DNA from: Aquirhabdus sp.
GTDB lineage: Bacteria > Pseudomonadota > Gammaproteobacteria > Pseudomonadales > Moraxellaceae
Length of the DNA: 64,000 nucleotides
Direction of reading: 5' to 3'
Assembly: GCA_030150135.1 (NCBI GenBank)
Contig: JASLGO010000049.1
Coordinates: 13,366-77,365 of the forward strand
A model generated the notes under the pieces. That model was not told the origin of the DNA. It did no database searches and saw only the letters and a list, made by a program, of their open reading frames with translations. The translations under genes were made by a program, and so were the position numbers. Below, one piece after another: positions 31,109 to 40,331 of this stretch (the stretch's first letter is position 1; each line of letters starts with the position of its first letter).

Positions 31109-32281
31109 CTACACGATTGATGCTTTGCGAATGTGTCTGATGGCAAGTGCTGAAAGTCCAGCGACCAATCCCCAAAATGCAGCACCTAATCCAAAGAGTG
31201 TGATGTTCGAAGCGGTGACTAAAAAGGTGATCAACGCAGCTTCACGCTCTGATTCTTGAGTGAGCGCAGTTGCTAAACCATTTCCAATGGTCCCAAACAG
31301 TGCCAATCCAGCAATGGTCAATATGAGCTCTTTTGGAAAAGCTAAAAATAATGATGTGATTGTTGCGCCAAATATGCCGATTAGACAATAAAAGAATCCT
31401 GCAGTGATTGCCGCGGTGTAGCGTTTTTTGGGATTTTCATGTGCTTCACGACCTGTACAAATTGCAGCAGTGATTGCAGCTAAATTTAAGGCATAGCCTC
31501 CAAATGGTGCTAGTGCAGCGTTTGCTGTACCAATCCAACCAATCACGGGAGATAGAGGAACGTTGTAGCCAGAGCCACGAAGTACAGAAACTCCAGGAAT
31601 GTTTTGTGATGCCATGGTGACGATAAATAATGGAATCGCAATAGCGAGTGAGCCCGTGCTCAATACAGGTGTTGTCCAAAGTGGTTTTGCGAATTGGAAT
31701 TGCATGAGATTGAATGTCAATTGCTGAGAGATCGCTGCGTAAGCAATGCCAAATGCTAGTGTGACGATTACTGCATAACGTGGTGAAAGACGTCGCATCA
31801 CTAAGTACAGTATGAACATACCTAACACCATCGCAAGTTGGGTTTGCATGGCGACAAAGACATTCATACCAAATTTGAGAAGTACGCCTGCGAGCATAGC
31901 TGACGCAAGTGAGATGGGGATTTTGCGCATAGCGCGCTCAAACACGCCAGAGAAGCCTGTTAGCATAATAAGCCCCGCTGAAATGATAAATCCACCTACG
32001 GCTTCAGCCAATGATAAGCCTGTGCTACTGCCGATCAAAAGCGCAGCACCTGGTGTAGACCATGCGGTGACGATCGGCATACGGTAATAAAGTGATAATC
32101 CAAGTGTGGTCAAACCCATGCCTAGGCCAAGTGCCCAAATCCATGATGCGATTTCTGCGGGTGATGCACCGAGAGATTGCGCTGCCTGAAAGATCAAGAC
32201 GCCTGAACTGGTGAAGCCCACTAAGACGGTGACGAAACCTGCGACGATTGTAGAAATAGAAAAATCTTGGAGTATACGCAT
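31109..32281 (-). CDS. benE: BenE family (benzoate/H+ symporter-like) transporter
   Basis: AWSTPGAALL, VTMASQNIPG, NLAAITAAIC, AAFWGLVAG. Confidence 0.85.
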   Translation of the reverse strand: MRILQDFSISTIVAGFVTVLVGFTSSGVLIFQAAQSLGASPAEIASWIWALGLGMGLTTLGLSLYYRMPIVTAWSTPGAALLIGSSTGLSLAEAVGGFIISAGLIMLTGFSGVFERAMRKIPISLASAMLAGVLLKFGMNVFVAMQTQLAMVLGMFILYLVMRRLSPRYAVIVTLAFGIAYAAISQQLTFNLMQFQFAKPLWTTPVLSTGSLAIAIPLFIVTMASQNIPGVSVLRGSGYNVPLSPVIGWIGTANAALAPFGGYALNLAAITAAICTGREAHENPKKRYTAAITAGFFYCLIGIFGATITSLFLAFPKELILTIAGLALFGTIGNGLATALTQESEREAALITFLVTASNITLFGLGAAFWGLVAGLSALAIRHIRKASIV

Positions 32282-32381
32282 CGTATGGAGTCTTTTTTAT
32301 GTGGTATGAAATCGCCCTAAAAATACTAGAAATAGCCTGCTATTTCCATGAATAACAGGCTGTCTTTTTGGGGAGAGTGAT

Positions 32382-33611
32382 CTAGGTTTTGGACTTGGCT
32401 TGGTGCATATTGGGCAGGAATATTGCCAATAATCCGAGCAATGGTAAGAACGCACAGAGATGATAGACATAGCCAATGCCATACATATCTGCAAATTGAC
32501 CCAGTACGGCTGCACCAATCCCACCCATGCCAAAGGCAAAACCGAAGAACAATCCAGATACCATACCAACTTTGTTCGGCATCACTTCCTGAGCAAACAC
32601 GACAATCGCAGGGAAAGCCGATGCTAATGTAAAGCCAATGATGACACTTAAAATACTCGTCCACATCAGATCAACATAAGGCAGCGCAAGTGTAAATGGT
32701 GCGATCCCTAAAATAGAAAACCAGATCACCTGCTTACGTCCGATGCGATCCCCAATTGGACCACCCAAGATTGTTCCAGCGGCGACAGCGCCCAAGAAAA
32801 TAAACAAATATACCTGTGCCGATTGAATCGATAAGTGGAATTTATCCATCAAATAAAACGTGTAATAACTGGTCAGACTGGTCAAATAAAAGTATTTGGA
32901 AAACACTAAAAACATGAGTACTGTCATCGCCATGATCACTTGGCGCTGGGATAATGCATTCGGTTGCGTAGGCACTTTGGGTTTTGCTGCCATCATTCGT
33001 TGTTGGTCTTTATACCAGCCACCAATTTTCCACAGCACAGTAATGCCCGTGAGCGCGGCAAGGGCAAACCATGCTGTACTATTCTGTCCATGCGGAACAA
33101 TAAAAATAGCCGCAAGTAACGGTCCTATCGCACTGCCAACATTACCACCCACTTGGAAAATAGATTGCGCTAAACCATGCTTTCCGCCTGATGCGAGACG
33201 TGCGACGCGTGAAGATTCAGGATGAAAAATCGATGAGCCTGTTCCCATGAATAACGCTGCAACGAGCAGCATGGCGTAATTCTGTGCAAAGGCAAGCAGA
33301 ATGATTCCTGTCATTGTGGAAGTCATCCCAAAGACCAGAGAATAGGGTTTTGGATGCTTGTCCGTATATGAGCCGACAATTGGCTGTAATAACGAAGCAG
33401 TGACTTGATAGGTAAACGTCACTAAACCAATTTGCGCAAAAGTTAAGTTGAAGCCGCCTTTGAGAATCGGGTAAATGGCGAGCAGCAGAGATTGCAGCAT
33501 ATCATTGATAAAATGACTAAAACTAATCGCACCCAGCACACGAAAGCGTGTGGTTTCACTGGTGGTGTTTGCTGGTGGAGTTTTCATCTGTGCAGTGTCT
33601 ACTGATTCCAT
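32382..33611 (-). CDS. fsr: Fsr-like MFS transporter
   Basis: HFINDMLQS, FHPESSRVAR, SIFQVGGNVG, FSKYFY, GDRIGRK. Confidence 0.85.
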   Translation of the reverse strand: MESVDTAQMKTPPANTTSETTRFRVLGAISFSHFINDMLQSLLLAIYPILKGGFNLTFAQIGLVTFTYQVTASLLQPIVGSYTDKHPKPYSLVFGMTSTMTGIILLAFAQNYAMLLVAALFMGTGSSIFHPESSRVARLASGGKHGLAQSIFQVGGNVGSAIGPLLAAIFIVPHGQNSTAWFALAALTGITVLWKIGGWYKDQQRMMAAKPKVPTQPNALSQRQVIMAMTVLMFLVFSKYFYLTSLTSYYTFYLMDKFHLSIQSAQVYLFIFLGAVAAGTILGGPIGDRIGRKQVIWFSILGIAPFTLALPYVDLMWTSILSVIIGFTLASAFPAIVVFAQEVMPNKVGMVSGLFFGFAFGMGGIGAAVLGQFADMYGIGYVYHLCAFLPLLGLLAIFLPNMHQAKSKT

Positions 33612-33785
33612 AACAACCTCGTTTGTCAGTGAGTGACAACATATCAATTGAAGATCAATGTCGATCTTATGGGCTGATCATACGCCACAATGAAACGACA
33701 TTCCTGCGAGAATATGGCAATATATATCGTAAAAGTGACATGATTTTTATGTGTTGAAAATGCACGATGTTGATGGAGTCATACG

Positions 33786-34577
33786 ATGTCTCTCTCGAAA
33801 CAAAAAACAAGCCATGAATGTTTGCACTACACCCAGTTTGATCAGCGTGATATGCCTGTGACTGCATTGGCTAAAAATTATGCGCATGGTCATACGACGG
33901 GAAGGCATTCACATCCGCATGCACAGCTGATTTATGCGGTGCGCGGCGTGATGCTCGTTGGAACTGATCAAGGGCAATGGATAGTGCCTCCTTCGCGTGG
34001 AATTTGGATGCCAGCACATATCGAGCATTGGGTACGGATGATCGGCGAGGTGCATATGCGCACCGCATACATTCGCCCAGACGCCGCACCTGATTTGTTG
34101 ACGTCCTGTCGTGTTGTGGGCGTAACAGCCTTATTGCGTGAATTATTGCTTGCCGCGATCGATGTCGAGCATCCTTATACAGTGGGTACGCGAGATGGGC
34201 ATTTGATGCAGTTGTTGCTCGATGAAATTAAAAGTGTTCAGCCGTTTTCGTTGCAACTCCCCAATCCTCACGATTCTCGTTTGATGCAGATTACTCAGAC
34301 GTTGAGTCAGAATCCTGAAGACAATACCACGGTTGAAATGTGGGCGGAGCGATTAAGCATCACCCCAAAAACAATTCATCGTTTGTTTTTGAAAGAAACA
34401 GGCATGACCTTTGGGCAATGGCGACAACAAGCGCGATTGTTGACTGCATTGGAGAAGCTGGCGCAAGGAGAAAAAGTACTGAGTGTGGCACTTGGACTTG
34501 GATATAACAGCCCCAGTGCTTTTGCAACGATGTTCAAGCGGCAGTTTGGTGTATCACCCAGTCGATTTTTTGATTAG
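33786..34577 (+). CDS. AraC family regulator with cupin domain (NimR-like)
   Basis: HSHPHAQL cupin; WRQQARL..LGYNSPSAFATMFKRQFG HTH; divergent from fsr. Confidence 0.9.
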   Translation: MSLSKQKTSHECLHYTQFDQRDMPVTALAKNYAHGHTTGRHSHPHAQLIYAVRGVMLVGTDQGQWIVPPSRGIWMPAHIEHWVRMIGEVHMRTAYIRPDAAPDLLTSCRVVGVTALLRELLLAAIDVEHPYTVGTRDGHLMQLLLDEIKSVQPFSLQLPNPHDSRLMQITQTLSQNPEDNTTVEMWAERLSITPKTIHRLFLKETGMTFGQWRQQARLLTALEKLAQGEKVLSVALGLGYNSPSAFATMFKRQFGVSPSRFFD

Positions 34578-34656
34578 CAGCGTCTTTTATTTAATGTCTG
34601 CGAACCATTTACTCAATATGAGTCATATTGAGTGGTTGGCTGGCGATGATTTAATT

Positions 34657-35649
34657 TCAGGTAGTTTTATATTTCAATGTTGCTTCAGGGTCGCAGAGTT
34701 TTCTAAGCATATTTAATGGCATATTGCTTTGAGCCGCGAGATTACTGAAATCAGTATAAAGTTGTAAAACTTCTTCATCTGCGTGATCCGCATGACCTTT
34801 CAGCATGAGGTGTACCAGCTTAAATCGAAATAAGACAAATAAGGTCAACTGAATAAAAAACTTAGGTACGAGTAGATCTAATAAACGTAAATTAAATGGT
34901 GTTGGTGTGATATGGGCTTGATGGAGCAGTTGAAAACCCTCAACGATGGCACCTGCAATGATGTTGCTATCCGACCAACTCAGTGTGAAAGATTGGTTCA
35001 TCTTGAGTTTGCGTACACCATTAGCGATCAAGGGAAGCATTAACGCGCTATGTGTTTTTAACCATGCCTCCATGTGCTCAACACCTTTTGAAGCAATCCC
35101 TGCTTGATTAAATAAGTCGACTAAAGCTTGTCTGGTGGCAATGATTTGGCGAGAAGAGGTTGGTTGAATATTGCCAATGGTCGTGATTTGAAGAAAACTT
35201 AATGCACGCGGTAAAATGAAATGATGGGAAACACCCGAATCAGGATCGAATCCAGCGAGCATAGCTGGAAATGCCCAAAATAAGCGTTCGCCAAACTTTT
35301 GACGTAAATCTGAAAAGTCCCCCGCGTAATTAAACATGCATACAATTTTGGAGCAGGGATGCGCTTCTAAAGCAGGCAATAATGTGCCGAGATGGTGTCG
35401 CTGAACAGTGAGAATAATAACATCGGCAGGCATGCTCTGTAATAATTCAGGTACAACATCTACTTTAAAATGTTGTGTTTTTATCTTCGCGAATGGATTT
35501 AATGAGAGTTTTTTAAACAGCATTCCTTGTTGCTGTAATTGAATGAAACGCTTGTTGCGTGCAACAATTTTGACATCATGCCCTGCTTCAAGTAATTGGC
35601 TAGCAACTGCACCTCCAATACTTCCAGCACCAATAATGATAATGTTCAT
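34657..35649 (-). CDS. ketopantoate reductase-like (ApbA/PanE N-terminal Rossmann) protein
   Basis: IIGAGSIG, WLKTHSA; divergent, function uncertain. Confidence 0.7.
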   Translation of the reverse strand: MNIIIIGAGSIGGAVASQLLEAGHDVKIVARNKRFIQLQQQGMLFKKLSLNPFAKIKTQHFKVDVVPELLQSMPADVIILTVQRHHLGTLLPALEAHPCSKIVCMFNYAGDFSDLRQKFGERLFWAFPAMLAGFDPDSGVSHHFILPRALSFLQITTIGNIQPTSSRQIIATRQALVDLFNQAGIASKGVEHMEAWLKTHSALMLPLIANGVRKLKMNQSFTLSWSDSNIIAGAIVEGFQLLHQAHITPTPFNLRLLDLLVPKFFIQLTLFVLFRFKLVHLMLKGHADHADEEVLQLYTDFSNLAAQSNMPLNMLRKLCDPEATLKYKTT

Positions 35650-35672
35650 ATATTTTTCCTTTGTCTATAAAA

Positions 35673-36695
35673 TCAATAACTCTTAGGATTTTGGATAAAG
35701 AACTTAATTAGATTTTCACCCAAATTGAATGTGTCTTGGCAGACCAGCCACTGTGCTGGTGTCGTTACAGGCAGGCAATGCCCAGCAAGAGGGTAGCTCG
35801 CTCCACTATGCTTTACATTTTCTAGAACAAGAGAGCCTTGCGTGTAGCGGATATGCGATTGTTTTCCGACAGGAACCCAGCCTGATGATGTGTAGGTCAG
35901 GCGAGGTGTTTGCCATGATGGATCTTCGGCGACAACACTGGTCACCGTTTGTCGATTTGCGGCAAATGCTGCCGTCACTAATGCTGCAAGGGTAATGTTA
36001 GGATCTGTCAGTCCATTGGTCATCATGAGCGGTTTAGTGATAGCACAAGTCGTACCTCCACCTGTCATGGCGTAACTTGCGTATAAGTTACTATGATTGC
36101 AATAGAAAACGTTTGCAGTTTGTGCACCGCGCGAAAATCCGTGTACATGAATCCGGTGGTTATCTACATGAAGTGCTTGGATAACATTGTTGACGAATTG
36201 ATCAATAATAGGGATTTCGTTGTTATAAGCACCACCGACAACAGACAGTGGATCAAGCGTGTCATTTTGTGTATCGAATAAATGTGTAAGATTTGGCTGA
36301 ATCACGATGTATGGTGTACTTGCACCGTACTGGGCGGCTTTCCAGCCGTAATATTGTAAATTAGTTCCTGCATTTTCCTCGGCAGCATTCATCGTTGCGC
36401 CATGGATGTCTAAAATCAGACCACACGACACAGTCTTACATGCTTTGGGAATGGAGACTGTAAAAACGACATAATGTGTACCTGAGTTGCATCCGTATTG
36501 GCGTACACCCAACATGGTTCCATCGGTACTTTCAGTCGGACTGCTATTGCTGACATCACAACGATCTGTTGCAGTAGGTTGATTGTTGACTAAGGGAATA
36601 TTTGAAGCTGCTGATGCATGATGGGCATAGAGTATGGTCAAACTTATGACCGAGCTTTTTAAAATAGATCGAAGAAATGTGAATGGACCAGTCAT
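35673..36695 (-). CDS. exported alpha/beta-hydrolase (PHB-depolymerase/esterase-like)
   Basis: Signal peptide ending HASA; LDIHG oxyanion region, GFSRG nucleophile, GLTD, GHC. Confidence 0.65.
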   Translation of the reverse strand: MTGPFTFLRSILKSSVISLTILYAHHASAASNIPLVNNQPTATDRCDVSNSSPTESTDGTMLGVRQYGCNSGTHYVVFTVSIPKACKTVSCGLILDIHGATMNAAEENAGTNLQYYGWKAAQYGASTPYIVIQPNLTHLFDTQNDTLDPLSVVGGAYNNEIPIIDQFVNNVIQALHVDNHRIHVHGFSRGAQTANVFYCNHSNLYASYAMTGGGTTCAITKPLMMTNGLTDPNITLAALVTAAFAANRQTVTSVVAEDPSWQTPRLTYTSSGWVPVGKQSHIRYTQGSLVLENVKHSGASYPLAGHCLPVTTPAQWLVCQDTFNLGENLIKFFIQNPKSY

Positions 36696-36772
36696 TATCG
36701 TAATCCTCTTCTAGTTGTGTGAACTTTGTATTTAACGAGATAGTTCGTTTAAAGTTTTTAGTAAGCTTGCGT

Positions 36773-36805
36773 AGTTAATTTGATTAATAATTAATCAAAT
36801 TAACT
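36773..36805. repeat. perfect AT-rich palindrome with 15-bp arms
   Basis: AGTTAATTTGATTAA-taa-TTAATCAAATTAACT. Confidence 0.85.
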
Positions 36806-36881
36806 GTGCAAGCATAATCAACTATCTGTGTTGGATCTTGATGGTTTGTTGAAATAATTTGACTTAATGCCTCAGTCTGAG

Positions 36882-36921
36882 GCTCTCCCCTCAATGGTTT
36901 TGTTTGGGGGAGAGCTTTTTT
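36882..36921 (+). terminator. plus-strand intrinsic terminator with no plus-strand gene upstream
   Basis: GCTCTCCCC..GGGGAGAGC followed by TTTTTT. Confidence 0.65.
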
Positions 36922-36986
36922 GTGACTTGCAATCATCTGTTATGTGAGGATGTTTTTTATGATGAATTGCATTTTTATCATGCGGA

Positions 36987-37856
36987 CTATCTCAACCTGA
37001 TATGAATCAAATGTGTTGCAGAGGTAGTCGTTAAATAATCGCTTCGCTGATCAAAATAACGTTCATTTTGCGCAGAGCCTGACAAGTCTTCTAATACATC
37101 AAAACCAATTTCATTCAATGCCGCATGAAGTTCAGCTGGAATAAACTGCCCAATTAATGGCTCACTCATATACTTGGTAAAACGAGATAGAGCAAAACTA
37201 CCCAAGCGTTCAGCACCTGCAAGCTGTTGATATGGAATTGAATAATCGAACACGACTTCACTGCCAGACGCTGCGACTTTTGCAATTGCACATAGCGTAT
37301 TCAAAGTTGTTTCAGGTTGAAGGTAATGTGTTGTTCCTAGCCACGAAAAGAAAGCGACTTTATCGCGTTGAAAGCTGCTACGAATGAGTGCGTCAAATAA
37401 AGATTCTTGTTCAAAATTGATCGGAACCAGCTCGACGTTCTCAGGAATGCTCCCGAATCGTTCAAGTTGTTGTTTCTTAGAGGCTTGTGTATCGGGATGA
37501 TCGACTTCAAATATTTTTAGGAAAGCCTGATCAGGGTTTTGGCGTAAGGAAAACGAGTCTAGTCCCGCGCCGACGAGGACATATTGATCAACACCGTGAG
37601 CAATTGCATCAGTGAGCTTATCTTCAGCATAGCGCGAGCGCCCAACAACCTGCCCAATCAGTAGACCAATCGGACTAAATGCACGCGGCAGAAGAAAGTG
37701 ATGCCATTTTCTGCTTTTTAAAATGCGTTGCCAGCCAGAACTGGTGAATTTAATGGCGTATGGATCAGAAAATAAAGGATTTTCTGCATAGATCGTATGG
37801 CTTGCACGTAATGCTGCGGCACCTTCGGCTGTACGACTGCGTTGTCCTGGCTTCAT
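36987..37856 (-). CDS. class I SAM-dependent methyltransferase (LCM/TIGR00027-like)
   Basis: SRTAEGAAALRA, QYVLVGAGLDS, FEVDHPDTQ, FSWLG. Confidence 0.88.
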   Translation of the reverse strand: MKPGQRSRTAEGAAALRASHTIYAENPLFSDPYAIKFTSSGWQRILKSRKWHHFLLPRAFSPIGLLIGQVVGRSRYAEDKLTDAIAHGVDQYVLVGAGLDSFSLRQNPDQAFLKIFEVDHPDTQASKKQQLERFGSIPENVELVPINFEQESLFDALIRSSFQRDKVAFFSWLGTTHYLQPETTLNTLCAIAKVAASGSEVVFDYSIPYQQLAGAERLGSFALSRFTKYMSEPLIGQFIPAELHAALNEIGFDVLEDLSGSAQNERYFDQRSDYLTTTSATHLIHIRLR

Positions 37857-38182
37857 CTGTGTGATTCTCTTTTTATCAAAAAGGGTTTCTCGTGATCTGA
37901 GGATACGAGTTGGATCGAATATTTGCGCTTTGTTTTGTACAGGAGAGTATCAGACTTGTACATTGCATTATTGACCAAAAATACGGAAATATTTCGTGAA
38001 TTTGATGCGATCGTATGTTCAAGTTAAATGATTACAGTCGATAAAACATTCAATTACTTAAAGTCAGGCTTTTTTATTGTTGCACATTTCTATATTTCGA
38101 TGGGCCTAATGACCGCAAGATCAATATTATATGTTTGTTAAAAATTACGAAAATCACATGATGTCCGCAGATCATACTCATC

Positions 38183-38824
38183 TTAATCCAACAAGCTCTT
38201 GAGCGCGATTTGCATAAAATCTTCGCCGAGATCATGAGGTGAAGGCAGTGTCTGATCATCAAGCCATTGTCTGGCGTAGGTATGTACTGGGCCAATCAGC
38301 ACAGGTAAATACATGGCTTTGGGCAATACGCGTAGACGTTTAAAATCAGGCAGAGCCTCTAATTGGCTTAAAAAAATACGATGCGAACTGGTGATTTCTT
38401 CACGAAACGCTCGTTCTTGATCAGCGTCTTTAAGAACACGACGATGACGAAACACAAAACGTGCCCAATCGGGCTGAGTCACAATCCAATCAATATTGCT
38501 TTGAATGATGCGACGAATAGCATTTTCAAGATTGGTTGCATTTTTAAGTGACTGATGTAATTGACGGCTGAATTGTCTTAATCCTTCTTTGTAGAGTGCA
38601 GCCGCAATTTTTTCTTTATTGCCAAAGTGATGGTAAATACTGCCCACGCTTGCACCAGATTGCTCACGAATCATCTCTATCGTTGTTGCTTCAATACCTT
38701 GATGAATAAAGCAATTCAAGGCTGCTTTCAAGATATCGAGCTGCCTTGTGCTGGACGATGAACTGCTTGGCGTTTCTTCCAAATTGGAGGCAGTTTGTAC
38801 TGTATTTGACTGAGTGGTCATCAT
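38183..38824 (-). CDS. TetR/AcrR family regulator
   Basis: TTIEMIREQSGASVGSIYHHFGNKE HTH. Confidence 0.92.
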   Translation of the reverse strand: MMTTQSNTVQTASNLEETPSSSSSSTRQLDILKAALNCFIHQGIEATTIEMIREQSGASVGSIYHHFGNKEKIAAALYKEGLRQFSRQLHQSLKNATNLENAIRRIIQSNIDWIVTQPDWARFVFRHRRVLKDADQERAFREEITSSHRIFLSQLEALPDFKRLRVLPKAMYLPVLIGPVHTYARQWLDDQTLPSPHDLGEDFMQIALKSLLD

Positions 38825-38852
38825 TAGAACTATATTCTAGAATAATATTCTA
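38825..38852. promoter_or_regulatory. tandem overlapping palindromic operators (probable TetR sites)
   Basis: TAGAACTATATTCTA and TAGAATAATATTCTA between divergent tetR and hotdog genes. Confidence 0.65.
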
Positions 38853-38900
38853 ATAGTGTAAGGCTTCTGCTTCATAAAAGCGACTCTTTAGGGGAATGAA

Positions 38901-39359
38901 ATGCAAATTATTGACTTGTTTAATAAGCTCAAAAGCTTACCTGCTGGAACTCAGCTCTTTAGCTGTGCGGTCTGTTTAAAAGCACCTTATTTCAGTAGTA
39001 TTCATCCGCTGGTTGAGGAGGTCAAACCTTCTTATGTGCGCGTCAAATTACGCAAGCGTCGTAGTGTTGAAAATCATTTAAAAACCGTTCATGCGATTGC
39101 GATGTGCAATATGGCGGAGCTTGCAGGTGGGTTGATGACTGATGTGTCAATTCCTAAAGGCGCGCGTTGGATTCCATCTGGCATGACAGTGAAATATCTC
39201 AAAAAAGCCAAGACAGATTTGATTGCTGTAGCGGATGGTTCGCAGATTGATTGGAGTCAGGAAGGCGAGGTGATCGTTCCCGTGTTGGTATCAGATACTC
39301 ATAATGAGATCGTTTTTTCTGCTGAGATCACGATGAATGTGAAGCATGGTAAGGCTTAA
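38901..39359 (+). CDS. hotdog-fold (DUF4442/PaaI-like) thioesterase
   Basis: KAPYFSSI, NHLKTVHAIAMCNMAE, RWIPSGMTVKYLKKA. Confidence 0.85.
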   Translation: MQIIDLFNKLKSLPAGTQLFSCAVCLKAPYFSSIHPLVEEVKPSYVRVKLRKRRSVENHLKTVHAIAMCNMAELAGGLMTDVSIPKGARWIPSGMTVKYLKKAKTDLIAVADGSQIDWSQEGEVIVPVLVSDTHNEIVFSAEITMNVKHGKA

Positions 39360-39652
39360 CCAGCGTTGATTGAATGAGCCTCCTGTTGAGGAGGCTTGTT
39401 TTGATTACAGATTTATTTGAAGATTGGTGCTACTTTGAGCCATCGCAATAGCCATGGGCTGAAGGTTTGATTGCTTTAGATCGCTGTATGGCGTGGATTA
39501 AAATAATTTGAAGCCTAAACGGTCTATAGTAGATTTCTAAATTTTGATTTGTTGATCAATCTTTAATTTATTGAATATAAATAATATATTTTATTTTATG
39601 TCAATTGTGACCGACGAGTCGCGCAAATCATCCATAAACTGCAAAATAGTTT

Positions 39653-39681
39653 TTGACTTAATAGTTACATTTGGTACTATT
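39653..39681 (+). promoter_or_regulatory. sigma-70 promoter with overlapping MarR-type palindrome
   Basis: TTGACT-N16-TACTAT; AATAGT-N10-ACTATT palindrome at 39660-39681. Confidence 0.6.
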
Positions 39682-39686
39682 TCTGA

Positions 39687-40205
39687 ATGAATAAATCTAA
39701 ACGCCTTAAATACGACGAAGTCCGTGAGCGGGTCGAACGATCCCACCAGATGGTGCTGGGTGATACTCAGGCGCTCGGGACAATCCAGATCAATTTATTG
39801 GTCAAGTACAACGCTTGGCTGATGCAAGAGTTGCTCAACAGAGGACTTGCAGATTTCGGTCTGAGTGCGCCTGCCTATATCGCGATGACGATGATCAATA
39901 GCTCGACGGATCAGACTGTCAATCCTTCTGATCTGTCGCTATGTACAGGGGAGACGCGTGCCAATATGACGCGCATCTGTGATGACTTGGTGGCTCAAGG
40001 ACTTTTGCAACGGGTAACGAGTGCTGTTGATCGTCGCCGTATTGATTTGTCGCTGACTTCGGCTGGTTTGGATTTGCTGAAACAGGTTGTTCCGAAAATG
40101 CGTGAAAAGAATCGCAAGATTTTTAGTGTGTTTAGTGATGAGGAGCGTGACGTACTCGAAAAGTCACTCTTTAAGCTCTTGAATGCCATGGAATCGAATG
40201 TCTAA
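39687..40205 (+). CDS. emrR: MarR family repressor (EmrR/MprA-like)
   Basis: PSDLS..TRANMTRICDDL, DRRRIDLSLT; heads the OMF-emrAB operon. Confidence 0.82.
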   Translation: MNKSKRLKYDEVRERVERSHQMVLGDTQALGTIQINLLVKYNAWLMQELLNRGLADFGLSAPAYIAMTMINSSTDQTVNPSDLSLCTGETRANMTRICDDLVAQGLLQRVTSAVDRRRIDLSLTSAGLDLLKQVVPKMREKNRKIFSVFSDEERDVLEKSLFKLLNAMESNV

Positions 40206-40331
40206 ACGCAATTGAAATCCTGACTGAATGGTTGGGGTTTTAATGAGTGAACGTTAAATCTCTACACCGAAAAATATTACTGTTTCATACATATATCGTG
40301 AGGTTTGCGATATAAAAAAGGTGGCGACATC

